A stretch of DNA of 64,000 bases, from assembly GCA_020184695.1 (NCBI GenBank), contig JAANOX010000153.1:1-64000 (forward strand). The letters are read 5' to 3'. Each line of letters begins with the position of its first letter. Positions within the stretch are counted from its first letter, which is position 1. The stretch is from Histomonas meleagridis 2922-C6/04-290x (lineage: Eukaryota > Protista > Parabasalia). The notes beneath the pieces are model-generated. The model was given only the letters and a program-made list of their open reading frames with translations. It was not told the DNA's origin and did not search any database. Position numbers and translations under genes: made by a program. Below are positions 19,966 through 30,916 of the stretch, in pieces.

Positions 19966-21309
19966 ATGAACGAAACAGAAACAAATAAATCTTTAGATTA
20001 TGCTCCACCTTTATTAGAATCAATTCATTTTGATTCAAATCCATGTACAGCACTCTTCTTTTCATTATGGATTTTTTGGACAGCATTTTTCATCTTTAAT
20101 GTTGTTCTCTTTTTTCATCTAAAAAGTTCTTTTTACATCAGATGTAGATCACCATGGCTAATATTTTCCTCTGCTATAGGTCAATATTTAATGACAACAA
20201 CTTTAGTATTAAAATTAATGGTTGGTCCAACCAATTTTTACAATTTTTTTGATCATTGGTTTATCTGGTTTATGCTTCCTCTACATTTTTTCCCATATCT
20301 AGTTCGTTCCCTCCGATTCATAATTATTTATCACATCCATCATTTAGAGTATATAATAGATGAAGCTAAATCTAAGAATCTGACACCAAATCAAAATCAG
20401 TCTGATAACATTAATGAATATATCAAAGACAAAGGATGTTTTATTAAACTTATTGCGAAACTTTATGAACATAATAAGTTGGTTACTGATACAACCTTTT
20501 TAATTCTTCTTTGGATTATCATTGGTATAGCATTTATTGTAGGGCTTATTCGATGTATTGTTGTTGAACAAAATCATTGGGGAATTCGCTCACAAAGTAA
20601 TTCCGAACTGTTTTGGGTAACAATTTTAGTATTTTGGGTTATTGTTCAAATTCTTTTGTGGATTGCTGTTTATTTCCTACGGAAAATTCATGATGAACTT
20701 AAATATAATTTTGAACTTACTTCGATTGGTATTTGTTGGCTTGTATTTATTGGATTATATATAATTATAGGATGGCTTGAAGATACTCCAACGATTGTGC
20801 CATCAATCATTGCTAATATTTTATGTATAGTATCAATGCTTATTTCATTTGGTATGCCAATACAACTTGCATATGTTAAACCTCCTGAAGTTAAACTTGG
20901 CGGAGGATTTGATAAACTTGCAAATGTGTTAAAGAATAAAGAAACATATAAGATATTCCTTGACTATGCTGTAAAAAAAAATTGTCCACAAAATATATAC
21001 TTTTACAATGCTGTTAAAAGATTCAAAAAAATTACAGATCCAAAAGAAATAAGTGAAGAATATTTGAGAATAAAAGATAAATTCTTGAACAATGATAAAC
21101 CAATTACTAAAGTAAATGTTCATGGAGAAATTATAAAGGAATTAGAAAAAGTTAAAGAAATAACAACAGACGTATTCGACGTTATTCTGATGGATAGTTA
21201 CAAATTAATGGAGACTGATACATTCCCAAGATTTAAGACATCTTGTAGGGAATTCAAACAATATGTAAAACAACAAATGGCTAAAAGAGATTTGATCATA
21301 GAAAATTAA
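19966..21309 (+). CDS. 7TM-RGS protein (seven hydrophobic segments plus C-terminal RGS domain)
   Basis: Seven TM-like segments in the first ~300 aa, then RGS-like FLDYAVKKNCPQNIYFYNAV..KVNV..KLMETDTFPRF. Confidence 0.85.
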   Translation: MNETETNKSLDYAPPLLESIHFDSNPCTALFFSLWIFWTAFFIFNVVLFFHLKSSFYIRCRSPWLIFSSAIGQYLMTTTLVLKLMVGPTNFYNFFDHWFIWFMLPLHFFPYLVRSLRFIIIYHIHHLEYIIDEAKSKNLTPNQNQSDNINEYIKDKGCFIKLIAKLYEHNKLVTDTTFLILLWIIIGIAFIVGLIRCIVVEQNHWGIRSQSNSELFWVTILVFWVIVQILLWIAVYFLRKIHDELKYNFELTSIGICWLVFIGLYIIIGWLEDTPTIVPSIIANILCIVSMLISFGMPIQLAYVKPPEVKLGGGFDKLANVLKNKETYKIFLDYAVKKNCPQNIYFYNAVKRFKKITDPKEISEEYLRIKDKFLNNDKPITKVNVHGEIIKELEKVKEITTDVFDVILMDSYKLMETDTFPRFKTSCREFKQYVKQQMAKRDLIIEN

Positions 21310-21781
21310 TTAAAAAGAATCTTGGAATAATTTTTATAAATATATATAAAAGTTCGTTAAAAACTAAGATAAATCAAAGCATATATTTTGTTGTTATTGA
21401 ATTACATTAACACATTCATGATATTGAGATGGTGAAGAAACAAACATAAAAAAAATACTTTTTTTGGCTCGGTGTGCAAAATAGGGTGAATTTAGAGAGA
21501 AAAAGAGTTATAAACTGTAGTGAAAAACCTGTAGACCGACTCCTTATTATAACCCACGCCTACACTGTGGCATTATTTATAGAGAACATGTTTAGTAATA
21601 TATATTATAAACATCTTAAATTTGATATAAATGATACAATATTTGATCTCACAGTTGAAAAATTTCTTATATAAGAATGACTGCCATGTTGTGCATTTAT
21701 CTTTTTCCTCGACATGTTGAGAGAGAAGCTTCATTCAAAAAATGATCGTCTTTCTTGATAAGTGGCCGGCCATTTTTTCGT

Positions 21782-22228
21782 ATGAGCACCTGGAATTCAG
21801 GCAACTGGTTTTGGGAAGAACACAATGCCAATAAGTGGGCTAAAGAAAGATTAACAGAACTTGTCAATGCAATTTCCGTTGAAGGTTGGACTTTTTCTGA
21901 CTTCGACTTCAAATCTATCCAAGCTGCAAAATCAATCAGAAAAAACCGTGAAATTCGTTCATTCGAGATTATTCTTGAGTTCAAATGGAAGTATGGTGAT
22001 ATGGAAGGTAAAATTTCTTTCCCTGATGTTTCCAACGATTGCGTTGACTCACCTGATGAATGGGAATATGAGCTCACATTCACAGGAGATAGCAACAAGA
22101 AGACTGCTGCTGAAAAGAAAGCAATAAGAGCACCTGCTGATTCAACAGTTATTCCTTTATTCCGTAAGGCTTTTGCTCAATGGGCAGATGAGTTTAAATC
22201 ACTTCCAGCTACACCAAAAGCAGAGTAA
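21782..22228 (+). CDS. Aha1 N-terminal domain protein (Hsp90 co-chaperone, Hch1-like single domain)
   Basis: NSGNWFWEEHNANKWAKERLTEL matches the Aha1 NxNNWHW motif. No C-terminal START-like domain. Confidence 0.8.
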   Translation: MSTWNSGNWFWEEHNANKWAKERLTELVNAISVEGWTFSDFDFKSIQAAKSIRKNREIRSFEIILEFKWKYGDMEGKISFPDVSNDCVDSPDEWEYELTFTGDSNKKTAAEKKAIRAPADSTVIPLFRKAFAQWADEFKSLPATPKAE

Positions 22229-22526
22229 TGTAAAAATATCATATGACTAATTTTTTAAAAATTTCCAAATACCGAAAAATTAACACCAATTTTCTCATAT
22301 TTTTATTTTATATGGAATTCGTTGTGCTTGAAGTTCAAATAATAAAACAAAACAACTTAGATTTAATTAATAATTTTTATTATCAAATCTTGTTATCCAT
22401 TGATTATTTGGAGAATTTAGGTTGTTACTGAATTTGCTTTTGATTAAAAGCATCTCTCCTTTTTGTAATTTGATCAAAAAAAATTACCAGAAATACCATT
22501 TTTATTGAAATTCAGAAATAAATATA

Positions 22527-22727
22527 TCAAGGAGTTGGTGTTGCATCTGGAAGTACAGATTCTTGTGGGTGATGTTTTGTACTTCTTCTTTTCTTTTGCT
22601 TTTTTTCAACAGGTGGATGCTTCTTTAGTGCCTGTTCCACAAACCTAGAAGCTATGCTACCAATGGGGTGATCGTGTTGTTGCTGATCAAAGAGCTGTAA
22701 GAGTTCTTTCTGGCTTGGCACATTCAT
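22527..22727 (-). CDS. Small hypothetical protein (66 aa, basic KKQKKRR patch)
   Basis: ATG-initiated ORF with protein-like composition, divergent from 22831. Confidence 0.45.
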   Translation of the reverse strand: MNVPSQKELLQLFDQQQHDHPIGSIASRFVEQALKKHPPVEKKQKKRRSTKHHPQESVLPDATPTP

Positions 22728-22830
22728 TTTTAAATTCTCTTTTGCTAATCAATTATCAAAACCGCAAAAAGTTTTTCAAAAAAAAACATTTACTAAAAAG
22801 TGCTAAATAAACATCTGAACTTATGGGAAA

Positions 22831-23442
22831 ATGGCAATCAAAGATGTAGAGAAAGCAGAAGAATTTCTTAAGTCTGTTCTTGGAAGAATGTTTCTTAGGC
22901 CAAGGTGCGAATGGGGTTCTACAGAAAACGTGTTTACACAAGTTTTTGGTGAGCTAATTCAAATTCAAAAAGGATGGTGGAAATTATTCAAACAACTCGG
23001 AATTTTTTATTTTCGAGAGCACCTACTAATAGAATGCGAAAAGTTTGCTTTTTTGCTTTCTGTAACACCACAAGAATTCATTGCAAAAATTGAAAAGGAT
23101 AACTTTAGGGCAATTCCGATCCCAGACTCCCTTAGGTCAGTACTGCTTCAAATATTTACTGAAGATGATTTAAATTATTGGACATTATATGCAATTCCTC
23201 ATGATAATTCAGCTAATAATTTGCTATCTCTTTTGTCACATGTTCAAATGCCATCAATACATGAATTTGGTGAAAACCAAGCCAAGGAAATGCTAAAAGG
23301 AGATTTTAAAACTGTTGAGATATTTAATTTACCACCAAGTACTGCCATTCCTCCAGACTTTGGTATTTATTATCAAAGCTTAATTCCAGAAGAAAGGGTA
23401 CAGCGCGGTGAGAAATCATGGATTTTTGTGACTGATGAATAA
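22831..23442 (+). CDS. Hypothetical protein, possibly initiator-binding-domain (IBD)-like
   Basis: 203-aa ORF. GIFYFREHLLIECEKFAFLL loosely resembles the parabasalid IBD winged helix; the family call is weak. Confidence 0.6.
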   Translation: MAIKDVEKAEEFLKSVLGRMFLRPRCEWGSTENVFTQVFGELIQIQKGWWKLFKQLGIFYFREHLLIECEKFAFLLSVTPQEFIAKIEKDNFRAIPIPDSLRSVLLQIFTEDDLNYWTLYAIPHDNSANNLLSLLSHVQMPSIHEFGENQAKEMLKGDFKTVEIFNLPPSTAIPPDFGIYYQSLIPEERVQRGEKSWIFVTDE

Positions 23443-23521
23443 AATTTTATATTATAGAATTGTTGTTATACCTAAAAAAAATCATTTTTTTTAATGAAAT
23501 GTTTGATAAAAATTTAAACAT

Positions 23522-24025
23522 TTATTCATATGAAAAATATCGTTTGAGTACATTTTTTTCTGCATTTATATTTTTGAAGTGGAAATTTGTTGATTCAGGA
23601 ATCGGATTTGATGACACAAGTAGCTTTATTGCTTCTTTAACATTTCCTGCAGAAAGATGAATTGCATTCAAAATTGATAGAAATGATCTTTTTTGACCTA
23701 AAAATATATAAATAGAATACACAGTTTGATAAAATTCATCACTTTCACTTTCTGTGTCTTTAATTTCTTTTGCAAAACTCGAGAGACGTCGTGAAACAAT
23801 ATCTATTCGATATTGAGTTCGTGATTCTGTTGATAAAGGTGGTGCTTCGAGTGTCTCTGATGTTTTTTGAGATGAATATTCCTCTGTTTTTGAAAATGAA
23901 TCTTGGGTAAAATTTTGTGAATTATTTAATATATACATAATAGGATCTTTATCTTCTTGCTGTATAAGCCCTTTATTCTGAGTAGGTTCTTGAGTGTTTT
24001 TATTAACTTTCTCTTGTTTAATCAT
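23522..24025 (-). CDS. Hypothetical protein with possible Rap1-C/UBA-like C-terminus
   Basis: Low-complexity N-terminus, then ILNAIHLSAGNVKEAIKLL. Start placed at the ATG at 24025; the family call is weak. Confidence 0.55.
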   Translation of the reverse strand: MIKQEKVNKNTQEPTQNKGLIQQEDKDPIMYILNNSQNFTQDSFSKTEEYSSQKTSETLEAPPLSTESRTQYRIDIVSRRLSSFAKEIKDTESESDEFYQTVYSIYIFLGQKRSFLSILNAIHLSAGNVKEAIKLLVSSNPIPESTNFHFKNINAEKNVLKRYFSYE

Positions 24026-24343
24026 CGAAAAAAAACACCCAAAGATACGATGTACGTTTAAAAAATACTTCATGAAATAAGAAATCCAAGAAATGTCAAC
24101 CAAATCTCAATCAAACATCAGGCAAACAGTTAGTGATAACTTTAGTAAAACTTTTTCTACTTTAATTAACATTGAGGTTTGTATCAAATTTATCTCCTTT
24201 TATGATCCAGCATATACAAAATCATATAGGCTTAGAACATGTGAAAATATGTGTTAAGCAATAGATTCTAAAATACTCGTAAATTCTAATTTAATTTTTC
24301 ATTTTTTACCTCAAAACGATACAAAGACGTTAACAAAAAATAC

Positions 24344-25591
24344 ATGAAAAAGGAAAAAAAAATCCCCAAAAAAGAGGAAACATATTGGGAATCTCCACAA
24401 ATACAGCAAAAAATTATTGAAGAAGCCAAGTCTATAGAAGCATATATAATTAATCAAAGACAAAATTTAAATAATACTAATACATTTACCACCTTGGAAA
24501 CTCTTTTCAATTTATTTAAGTCAGAAATGTCTATTAATCTTTCTCTTCGAAATGAAATCCTCAAAGAAAGAAAATTAATTTCGAAAAATGAACAAAATTT
24601 AAATGATTTTTTTGCAGGAATAAACAAAATCACTAAGTCATCTGTGACAACTTTTCAGGACGTTTTAGATTTAATTTTATCTCAAGTAAATAAATTTGCA
24701 AATTCAAAATCCCATTTCAAAGATGTTACCCAATCACTTCAATCCAAAATTCAAATGTTAGAAAACGAAATAACAGAGTCTAGCGATAAAATTAAAGAAC
24801 TTGAAGATGCACAAGCATTAAATCAAAAGCATATTAATAAACTTCGATCAAAACTTAAATCATCAATTGCGCATAATAAACAATTATGTTTTTTTCTTGT
24901 TCAATCCAAAAAGAAAATAAAGCATCTTAAAGCGCATATTAAAGAAACTAATAATGATTCAACAAAATGTCAACATGAAAATCGAAAGACAAATGAAAAA
25001 AACCAATTGAAAAATTTTGATGATTTGATACTTATTAATGAGAAACAAAATGATGAAATTCAACAGAAAGAAAAAGCAATTCAAGCAAAAATTGGTGAGG
25101 TTAAGGAATTAAAATCACAAAATCATCAACTTAAAGAAAAGATTAAAGAATTTATTTCAATTACAGAAAACATGAAGCTTCAAATTGAACAATCAAATAG
25201 TGAAATAGAAAAAATGAAAAAGCAAATGAAAAAAAGCAAGAAACTACATAATGCTATTGTGCAAGCATTAAAGGAAGAGCATAAGAACAAAATTATTTCT
25301 CTAGAAAATAATGTTGAATCTCATATTATTCGCAAAATAAAAAATATACAAAGTGAAATTGAAATCAAAAAACAAGAAATCATTGAATCTAGTAATAAAA
25401 TACTGGAAAATCAGCAACATATACAAGAGCTTAATGAAGTTATTAAACAGCAAGAAAGAGCCAAATCAAAATTAAATGATACCATTTCAGGTTTGCAACA
25501 GGAGAACGAAAGGTTACGAAACATTATGAGAGAGAAATCCGATTTACAAAATAATTGCACACAAAAAGATTTCACAAATACCAAAAAATGA
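24344..25591 (+). CDS. Coiled-coil protein
   Basis: 415-aa ORF rich in E/K/Q/N with heptad character. Confidence 0.8.
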   Translation: MKKEKKIPKKEETYWESPQIQQKIIEEAKSIEAYIINQRQNLNNTNTFTTLETLFNLFKSEMSINLSLRNEILKERKLISKNEQNLNDFFAGINKITKSSVTTFQDVLDLILSQVNKFANSKSHFKDVTQSLQSKIQMLENEITESSDKIKELEDAQALNQKHINKLRSKLKSSIAHNKQLCFFLVQSKKKIKHLKAHIKETNNDSTKCQHENRKTNEKNQLKNFDDLILINEKQNDEIQQKEKAIQAKIGEVKELKSQNHQLKEKIKEFISITENMKLQIEQSNSEIEKMKKQMKKSKKLHNAIVQALKEEHKNKIISLENNVESHIIRKIKNIQSEIEIKKQEIIESSNKILENQQHIQELNEVIKQQERAKSKLNDTISGLQQENERLRNIMREKSDLQNNCTQKDFTNTKK

Positions 25592-25984
25592 TGTTTGTAT
25601 TTAAAAAAAGATATTTTGGTGATATCTTATATTATTGTTTGTAAATATAAATTAAAAAATTAATTTTTTTTTAATTAAAATATTGTAAATAATTTGTTAT
25701 GTTTTTAATGAGGTATTCATATGTTTTATAATTTTTGAGAATAATCATTAAGATTGTATAAAGTCGTAAAAAAAAATATTCAAGTTTCTGTAATAAAAAT
25801 GGTTATAGTTGAAAGATTCACAATGATTTAAAGAATTATCAAAAATAGTACAAGAGTAGTGAAATATGTTATAAACATCAAAGGAAAACATTTCATTATT
25901 CATTTACTTTAATTTTATAGCTTTAATACCATAACAAAACATTTTCTCGTATGATTCACTCAATAAAAGATATCACTAAACACC

Positions 25985-26297
25985 ACACAATAATTCATTT
26001 CATTATTCATTCACTTCATATATAACACTTATCAACACAATAATTCATTTCATTATTCATTCACTTTATATATAACACTTATCAACACAATAATTCATTT
26101 CATTATTGATTCACTTTATATATAACACTTATCAACACAATAATTCATTTCATTATTGATTCACTTTATATATAACACTTATCAACACAATAATTCATTT
26201 CATTATTCATTCACTTCATATATAACACTTATCAACACAATAATTCATTTCATTATTCATTCACTTCATATATAACACTTATCAACACAATAATTCA
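25985..26297. repeat. Minisatellite: six 50-bp units plus partial flanks
   Basis: Unit TAATTCATTTCATTATTCATTCACTTCATATATAACACTTATCAACACAA starts at 25991, 26041, 26091, 26141, 26191 and 26241. Only two positions vary. Confidence 0.97.
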
Positions 26298-26368
26298 AAT
26301 GTTTAAACATTTCCTTCACTGCAAAACGTTCTTCACACATATCATTTATTTATTTCTCGTCCCATAGT

Positions 26369-28891
26369 TCACTGCGCGTGTGCCATTTCGTTCAGTATTT
26401 GGAAGAATTCTCCGTAAATTTTTGCAGCGCTTGTTGGCTCCAACGGCAGCACCTCGTTGAAGTACTTTGGGATCATATCGCTGTTTCCCATCACCTGCGC
26501 CAAGCACTTGTGCAGCTCCTGCGCGTTTGCCTGCGCCACCTTCCGATGCAGCGCTCCTATTTTCTCGCACGCCAGGCGCCACTTGGGCACTCTTCCGTCG
26601 AACAAATCGCAAGTTATCACTCCGAAAGTCAAGTTGAGCACATTTTGTATGAAGTTCGAATCATTGAACAAATTATTTGGTAATGCGCATATGAAAGCGA
26701 ATATGTATGAAATTGTTTCAGGTATTTGTATCAGTTTTGTAATTATTGTACCGATGAAGTTTAACAAAAATGTTAAAGTTTCGATATTTAATATGTTACA
26801 TATCGATGTTGAGAACTCAAATAAGTTAATGATGATCGATTTCGCTTCTTTAACTTCTTCCGATGCTTCATACCATTCATTAATTTGTTGGATATATGCA
26901 TTCGCTTTAGGTATTAAATCATTCATTATTAATTGGATCCAATTATTATCATTCGGTATTTCCTTTGATAAATAATATAAATTAGATGTCTTAAATACTG
27001 ACGAAATCGATTCCATACCATTCGCATGTTTAGAACATTCAATAAATAATTCAAAGCCAAATGGTCCTAATGATTTATAAATGGAATCAATTAAAACTGA
27101 TAATAATTCATCTGAAGTACTAACAAGGCCAAAGATATTTTGATAAAATTGTATTAATACATTGGAGTCTTCAACATTTGTACTCTTATATTCACGAAGA
27201 AATTGTAAAAATGATAACATAAACTTTTGCTTGTTATCAACCTCTGAAAATATCTGTGTAAAGCACTCAAATACGTTTTTGAGTATGACAACTCTATCGT
27301 TCTGTGGTATATACTTAAGAAGTTTGGCACTGATTGGATATAACGACGTGTTTTTGGACTTAATGAAGCTAAAAATGATTTCGGTGCTGACAGCTATGGT
27401 TGAAAATTGTCGAATATCGATGAATTTGTTTAATAGATCAACAAATTTTTCATTCTCAAAATCATTCATATCAAAAATACAATAATAGCATAATGTATCA
27501 AATACCTTTTGATATAATTCTGGCCCGATAATGGCTTGTTGACGTCGAATGAAAAATTCAATAAATGATGTAAGTGCTAAATAATGATCACGTGAGATTT
27601 GTGGTTGACATAAAACGAGTGCTTGGATTCCAAACGGTACTATATTAGACATGATAATTTCAGGTGGATAAGTATTGTTTAGAAAATCTCGATGAAGATC
27701 AGTTAAAACATGAAAGATAGATGTATAAAGATAAAGACTACAATTAGCACCAGGGGTAAATGCCTGTATAAGAAACTGTGTAAATACTTCGGGATTAGTT
27801 TTGGCGCATTTGACCAAAAGCTTGAGGATTTCACTGGTGAAGTGATCAATTTCAATTAAATCGGTTTCGCTCTCAAAATGATGTGAAAGGCGTAAGAACG
27901 CCTTAGGAATAAGGTCAGCTGCTTTAGGAGGACTCACTTCAGCATAATTACTAAGGAGAGTAAGCACAGATTCTGATACAAGTGGATTTGGATGTGCAAG
28001 AAATGAATCAATTGCTATTTGATAGATTTGATCAGACGGTGCTCGATTACCTGCAGTGGAAATTAAAGAACCAAGATCACATAAAGTATCAATAGGACTA
28101 TCTGCAATTGCTGTTGAAACAACTTCAGAAAAATTAATACAACTCAATATTCGATTGACATCATCAGGTGAAATTTCTTGTTGAATAAGCATGGAAATAA
28201 TACTGATGCAATCACGTGATGTGTCAGGTTTATAAAGACCTTGAAAAATAATGTTCATAACATCACTTTGAATTATTGGTAAAGGATTAATAAAACCTAT
28301 CATATTAAGCAAAATACTAAAGGCCATTTCGGAATTACTATGAAATGCATCCAAAGCATACTGAACAATAAGAGATTCGGAACCATCAATTGTCATCGTC
28401 AAAATTATTCTTTGGAATGCTTCCAAATTTTCTGTACCAAGTTTTGAAAAAGAGGATACAAACTGGAAGACAAGTGATTGAGGAAGTTTAAGAAGGCTTG
28501 GCCAAAAATCTGGCCAAATATCAGGATATGTTGCAACCATAAAACTAAGTTGTACTTTTGTAAGAGTTGTTGAAAATAAGACAGGGTGTATTTCAGTTAG
28601 TGGAATTGAAATTGAAAATAATATGTTATGAATTTGTGTAATTATTTCTGGTGTTAATTGTTGATCGTAATTATTACGAATCCAATCATCAATAACTAAT
28701 AACACTATGATCAGTGTTTGAGTATTCCTAAAATTATGAAAATTTGAGATACAAAAAATAAGTCCATCAAAAGTATGTTGAATTTGAAATAATTGTGTAT
28801 TTGCTTGATTTAGTTGATCAATTGTAAACATGTTTTGATTCGTAGTTATAATCGAAACTAATTGCTCAAATTCTTGGATTTGAGCTTCCAT
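26369..28891 (-). CDS. Karyopherin-beta family protein, exportin-T-like
   Basis: N-terminal IBN-like helices, then Xpo1-domain-like VATYPDIWPDFW; ~840 aa, all helical. Confidence 0.65.
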   Translation of the reverse strand: MEAQIQEFEQLVSIITTNQNMFTIDQLNQANTQLFQIQHTFDGLIFCISNFHNFRNTQTLIIVLLVIDDWIRNNYDQQLTPEIITQIHNILFSISIPLTEIHPVLFSTTLTKVQLSFMVATYPDIWPDFWPSLLKLPQSLVFQFVSSFSKLGTENLEAFQRIILTMTIDGSESLIVQYALDAFHSNSEMAFSILLNMIGFINPLPIIQSDVMNIIFQGLYKPDTSRDCISIISMLIQQEISPDDVNRILSCINFSEVVSTAIADSPIDTLCDLGSLISTAGNRAPSDQIYQIAIDSFLAHPNPLVSESVLTLLSNYAEVSPPKAADLIPKAFLRLSHHFESETDLIEIDHFTSEILKLLVKCAKTNPEVFTQFLIQAFTPGANCSLYLYTSIFHVLTDLHRDFLNNTYPPEIIMSNIVPFGIQALVLCQPQISRDHYLALTSFIEFFIRRQQAIIGPELYQKVFDTLCYYCIFDMNDFENEKFVDLLNKFIDIRQFSTIAVSTEIIFSFIKSKNTSLYPISAKLLKYIPQNDRVVILKNVFECFTQIFSEVDNKQKFMLSFLQFLREYKSTNVEDSNVLIQFYQNIFGLVSTSDELLSVLIDSIYKSLGPFGFELFIECSKHANGMESISSVFKTSNLYYLSKEIPNDNNWIQLIMNDLIPKANAYIQQINEWYEASEEVKEAKSIIINLFEFSTSICNILNIETLTFLLNFIGTIITKLIQIPETISYIFAFICALPNNLFNDSNFIQNVLNLTFGVITCDLFDGRVPKWRLACEKIGALHRKVAQANAQELHKCLAQVMGNSDMIPKYFNEVLPLEPTSAAKIYGEFFQILNEMAHAQ

Positions 28892-29102
28892 CAAAAAACA
28901 AATCTAAAAAATAAAGGCCGTTAATAAACGTTCCACAAAAAGTGTCGTTAACTTACGAGTACTTTTTATGATAAATCGGTGATTTTTTTCCGTCAACTGC
29001 TTTTAACATTGAAAAAGTTCTCAAACCGTAGTGTTTTGATGGTTGCGGTTTTAATCAATATTTGTTTGAAATTTTGTCAAAACCGCCGATCATTTGGTTA
29101 AA

Positions 29103-29705
29103 ATGTCTTGGCTCTTTGGTAAGAAGAAGAAACCAGCCGCACCAACCCCACAAGAACAGTCCGAAAACATCAGCAAAACTATCGAAGATCTTCGTAAGAA
29201 GGAAGAATACTACGATAAACAAATTCTTATGGAAGAAAAAAAGGCAAGAGAATTTATGAAGAAAGGTAACAAGAAGAGGGCCATGGAATGCATGAAGCGT
29301 AAGAAACTTATTGAAAAAAGCCGTGATAACATGTCTGCTATGGCTTTTAACCTTGAACAACAAAAGATGAAAATCCAAGAAGTTCAAACAACAGCTAATG
29401 TTTTCGCTACATACCGTCAAAACGCAGAAACAATGAAACAACAATTCGGAAACGTCGATATCGATAAAATTGATGATGTTCTTGCAGATTATGAAGATAT
29501 GCAAGCTGATATGGATGAAATCACATCTGCTATGACACGCACAATAGGTCCTGAAATGGATGAAGATGAACTTGACGATGAACTTGCTGCTCTTATGAAT
29601 GAGGGTGAAGAAACTACACTTGATACAACAACTGAAACACCACAAACAATGCAAGCCGATGAAGATGAGGGTCAAATTGAACAGTTAATGGGTGGTTTTG
29701 CCTAA
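29103..29705 (+). CDS. SNF7: ESCRT-III Snf7/Vps32 (CHMP4-like)
   Basis: MSWLFGKKKK, KKRAMECMKRKKL, VDIDKIDDVLAD, EMDEDELDDELAAL. Confidence 0.88.
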   Translation: MSWLFGKKKKPAAPTPQEQSENISKTIEDLRKKEEYYDKQILMEEKKAREFMKKGNKKRAMECMKRKKLIEKSRDNMSAMAFNLEQQKMKIQEVQTTANVFATYRQNAETMKQQFGNVDIDKIDDVLADYEDMQADMDEITSAMTRTIGPEMDEDELDDELAALMNEGEETTLDTTTETPQTMQADEDEGQIEQLMGGFA

Positions 29706-30001
29706 ATAAAACTCAATTTTGAACTCCAAATGATTTAATGAAAAAATTGTTTTTATATGAAATTCTTAATAAGAATTAGGTTATGGGTAAATAAGTTTGG
29801 ATTATGTAATTGATAAATAATTTATCGATAAATTTAATATTTCTAAAATCAATTTTTTCTAAATTTAAGAAACTCTCTATATTCAGCGTAACTTTACAAA
29901 TAGATTAAAACCTTATTTTATTAGTATTTTTGACTAAGAAAAGGAAAAAACAATTTTGGCAAGAAATTTTTCTTTCAAATTTTGAATTTTTTTCTGGAAA
30001 A

Positions 30002-30916
30002 ATGTCTGAACCTGAAGAATGGATCAAAATAATAGAGAGTGGAAATAAATTAAGCGAAGAACAGTTGAGCACATTGTTTGAGCTTCTTAAAGAAATTCTT
30101 TATCAAGAAGGAACAATGCATCCACTTTCAGTACCAATAACAATATGTGGTGATATTCATGGACAACTTTATGATCTTTTTGAACTGTTCAAGGTTTCTG
30201 GCGGGATTGATAATAACAAATATCTCTTTCTCGGTGATTATGTAGATCGAGGTTATTTTTCCATTGAAACTTTTGCTTATCTTGGCTCTCTCAAAGTCCT
30301 TTATCCTGACCGCATATACTTACTTCGTGGTAACCATGAGTGCCGACAAGTTAATCAGCAGTATGGTTTTTATGAAGAATTTTTCCAACATTATGGTCAT
30401 GCTGGTCTTTGGCGTGTCTGCAACGAAGTGTTTGACCTCTTGCCAATTGGCGCTGTTATTTCCAACAAGATTTTTTGTGTTCATGGTGGCTTATCACCAG
30501 AAATCAAACTTATTGATCAAATCCCATTAATAGATCGCCAAGGAGAAATCCCTAACACTGGGCCATTTGCTGACCTTACATGGAGCGATCCTGAAGATAT
30601 TGACGGTTGGGCAATCAGCACTCGGGGCGCAGGATGGCTCTTTGGTCCTGATCCAACGCACGAATTTTGCCACAATAACAAAATAGACCTGATTTGTAGG
30701 GCGCACCAGCTCGCGATGAAAGGTTACCAATATCTTTTCGGCGAGGAGCAACTGGTGACAGTTTGGTCGGCGCCAAATTACATGTACAGATCCGGAAACG
30801 ATGCATCAGTTCTTAAGATTGATGAGAACTTTAATAGAGAATTTGTCATATTTAAGGCAGTGCCTGATAGTCAACGTGTAATACCTGAACAGGCAACGCC
30901 AAATTACTTTGCATGA
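30002..30916 (+). CDS. PPP-family Ser/Thr phosphatase catalytic subunit (PP2A/PP4/PP6 group)
   Basis: GDIHGQ, GDYVDRG, RGNHE, HGGLSP, RAHQL and TVWSAPNY motifs; C-terminus TPNYFA. Confidence 0.93.
   Translation: MSEPEEWIKIIESGNKLSEEQLSTLFELLKEILYQEGTMHPLSVPITICGDIHGQLYDLFELFKVSGGIDNNKYLFLGDYVDRGYFSIETFAYLGSLKVLYPDRIYLLRGNHECRQVNQQYGFYEEFFQHYGHAGLWRVCNEVFDLLPIGAVISNKIFCVHGGLSPEIKLIDQIPLIDRQGEIPNTGPFADLTWSDPEDIDGWAISTRGAGWLFGPDPTHEFCHNNKIDLICRAHQLAMKGYQYLFGEEQLVTVWSAPNYMYRSGNDASVLKIDENFNREFVIFKAVPDSQRVIPEQATPNYFA

Noticed and set aside
25985-26297. CRISPR-like array
   Set aside because: Units are contiguous with no unique spacers, there are no cas genes, and the context is eukaryotic.
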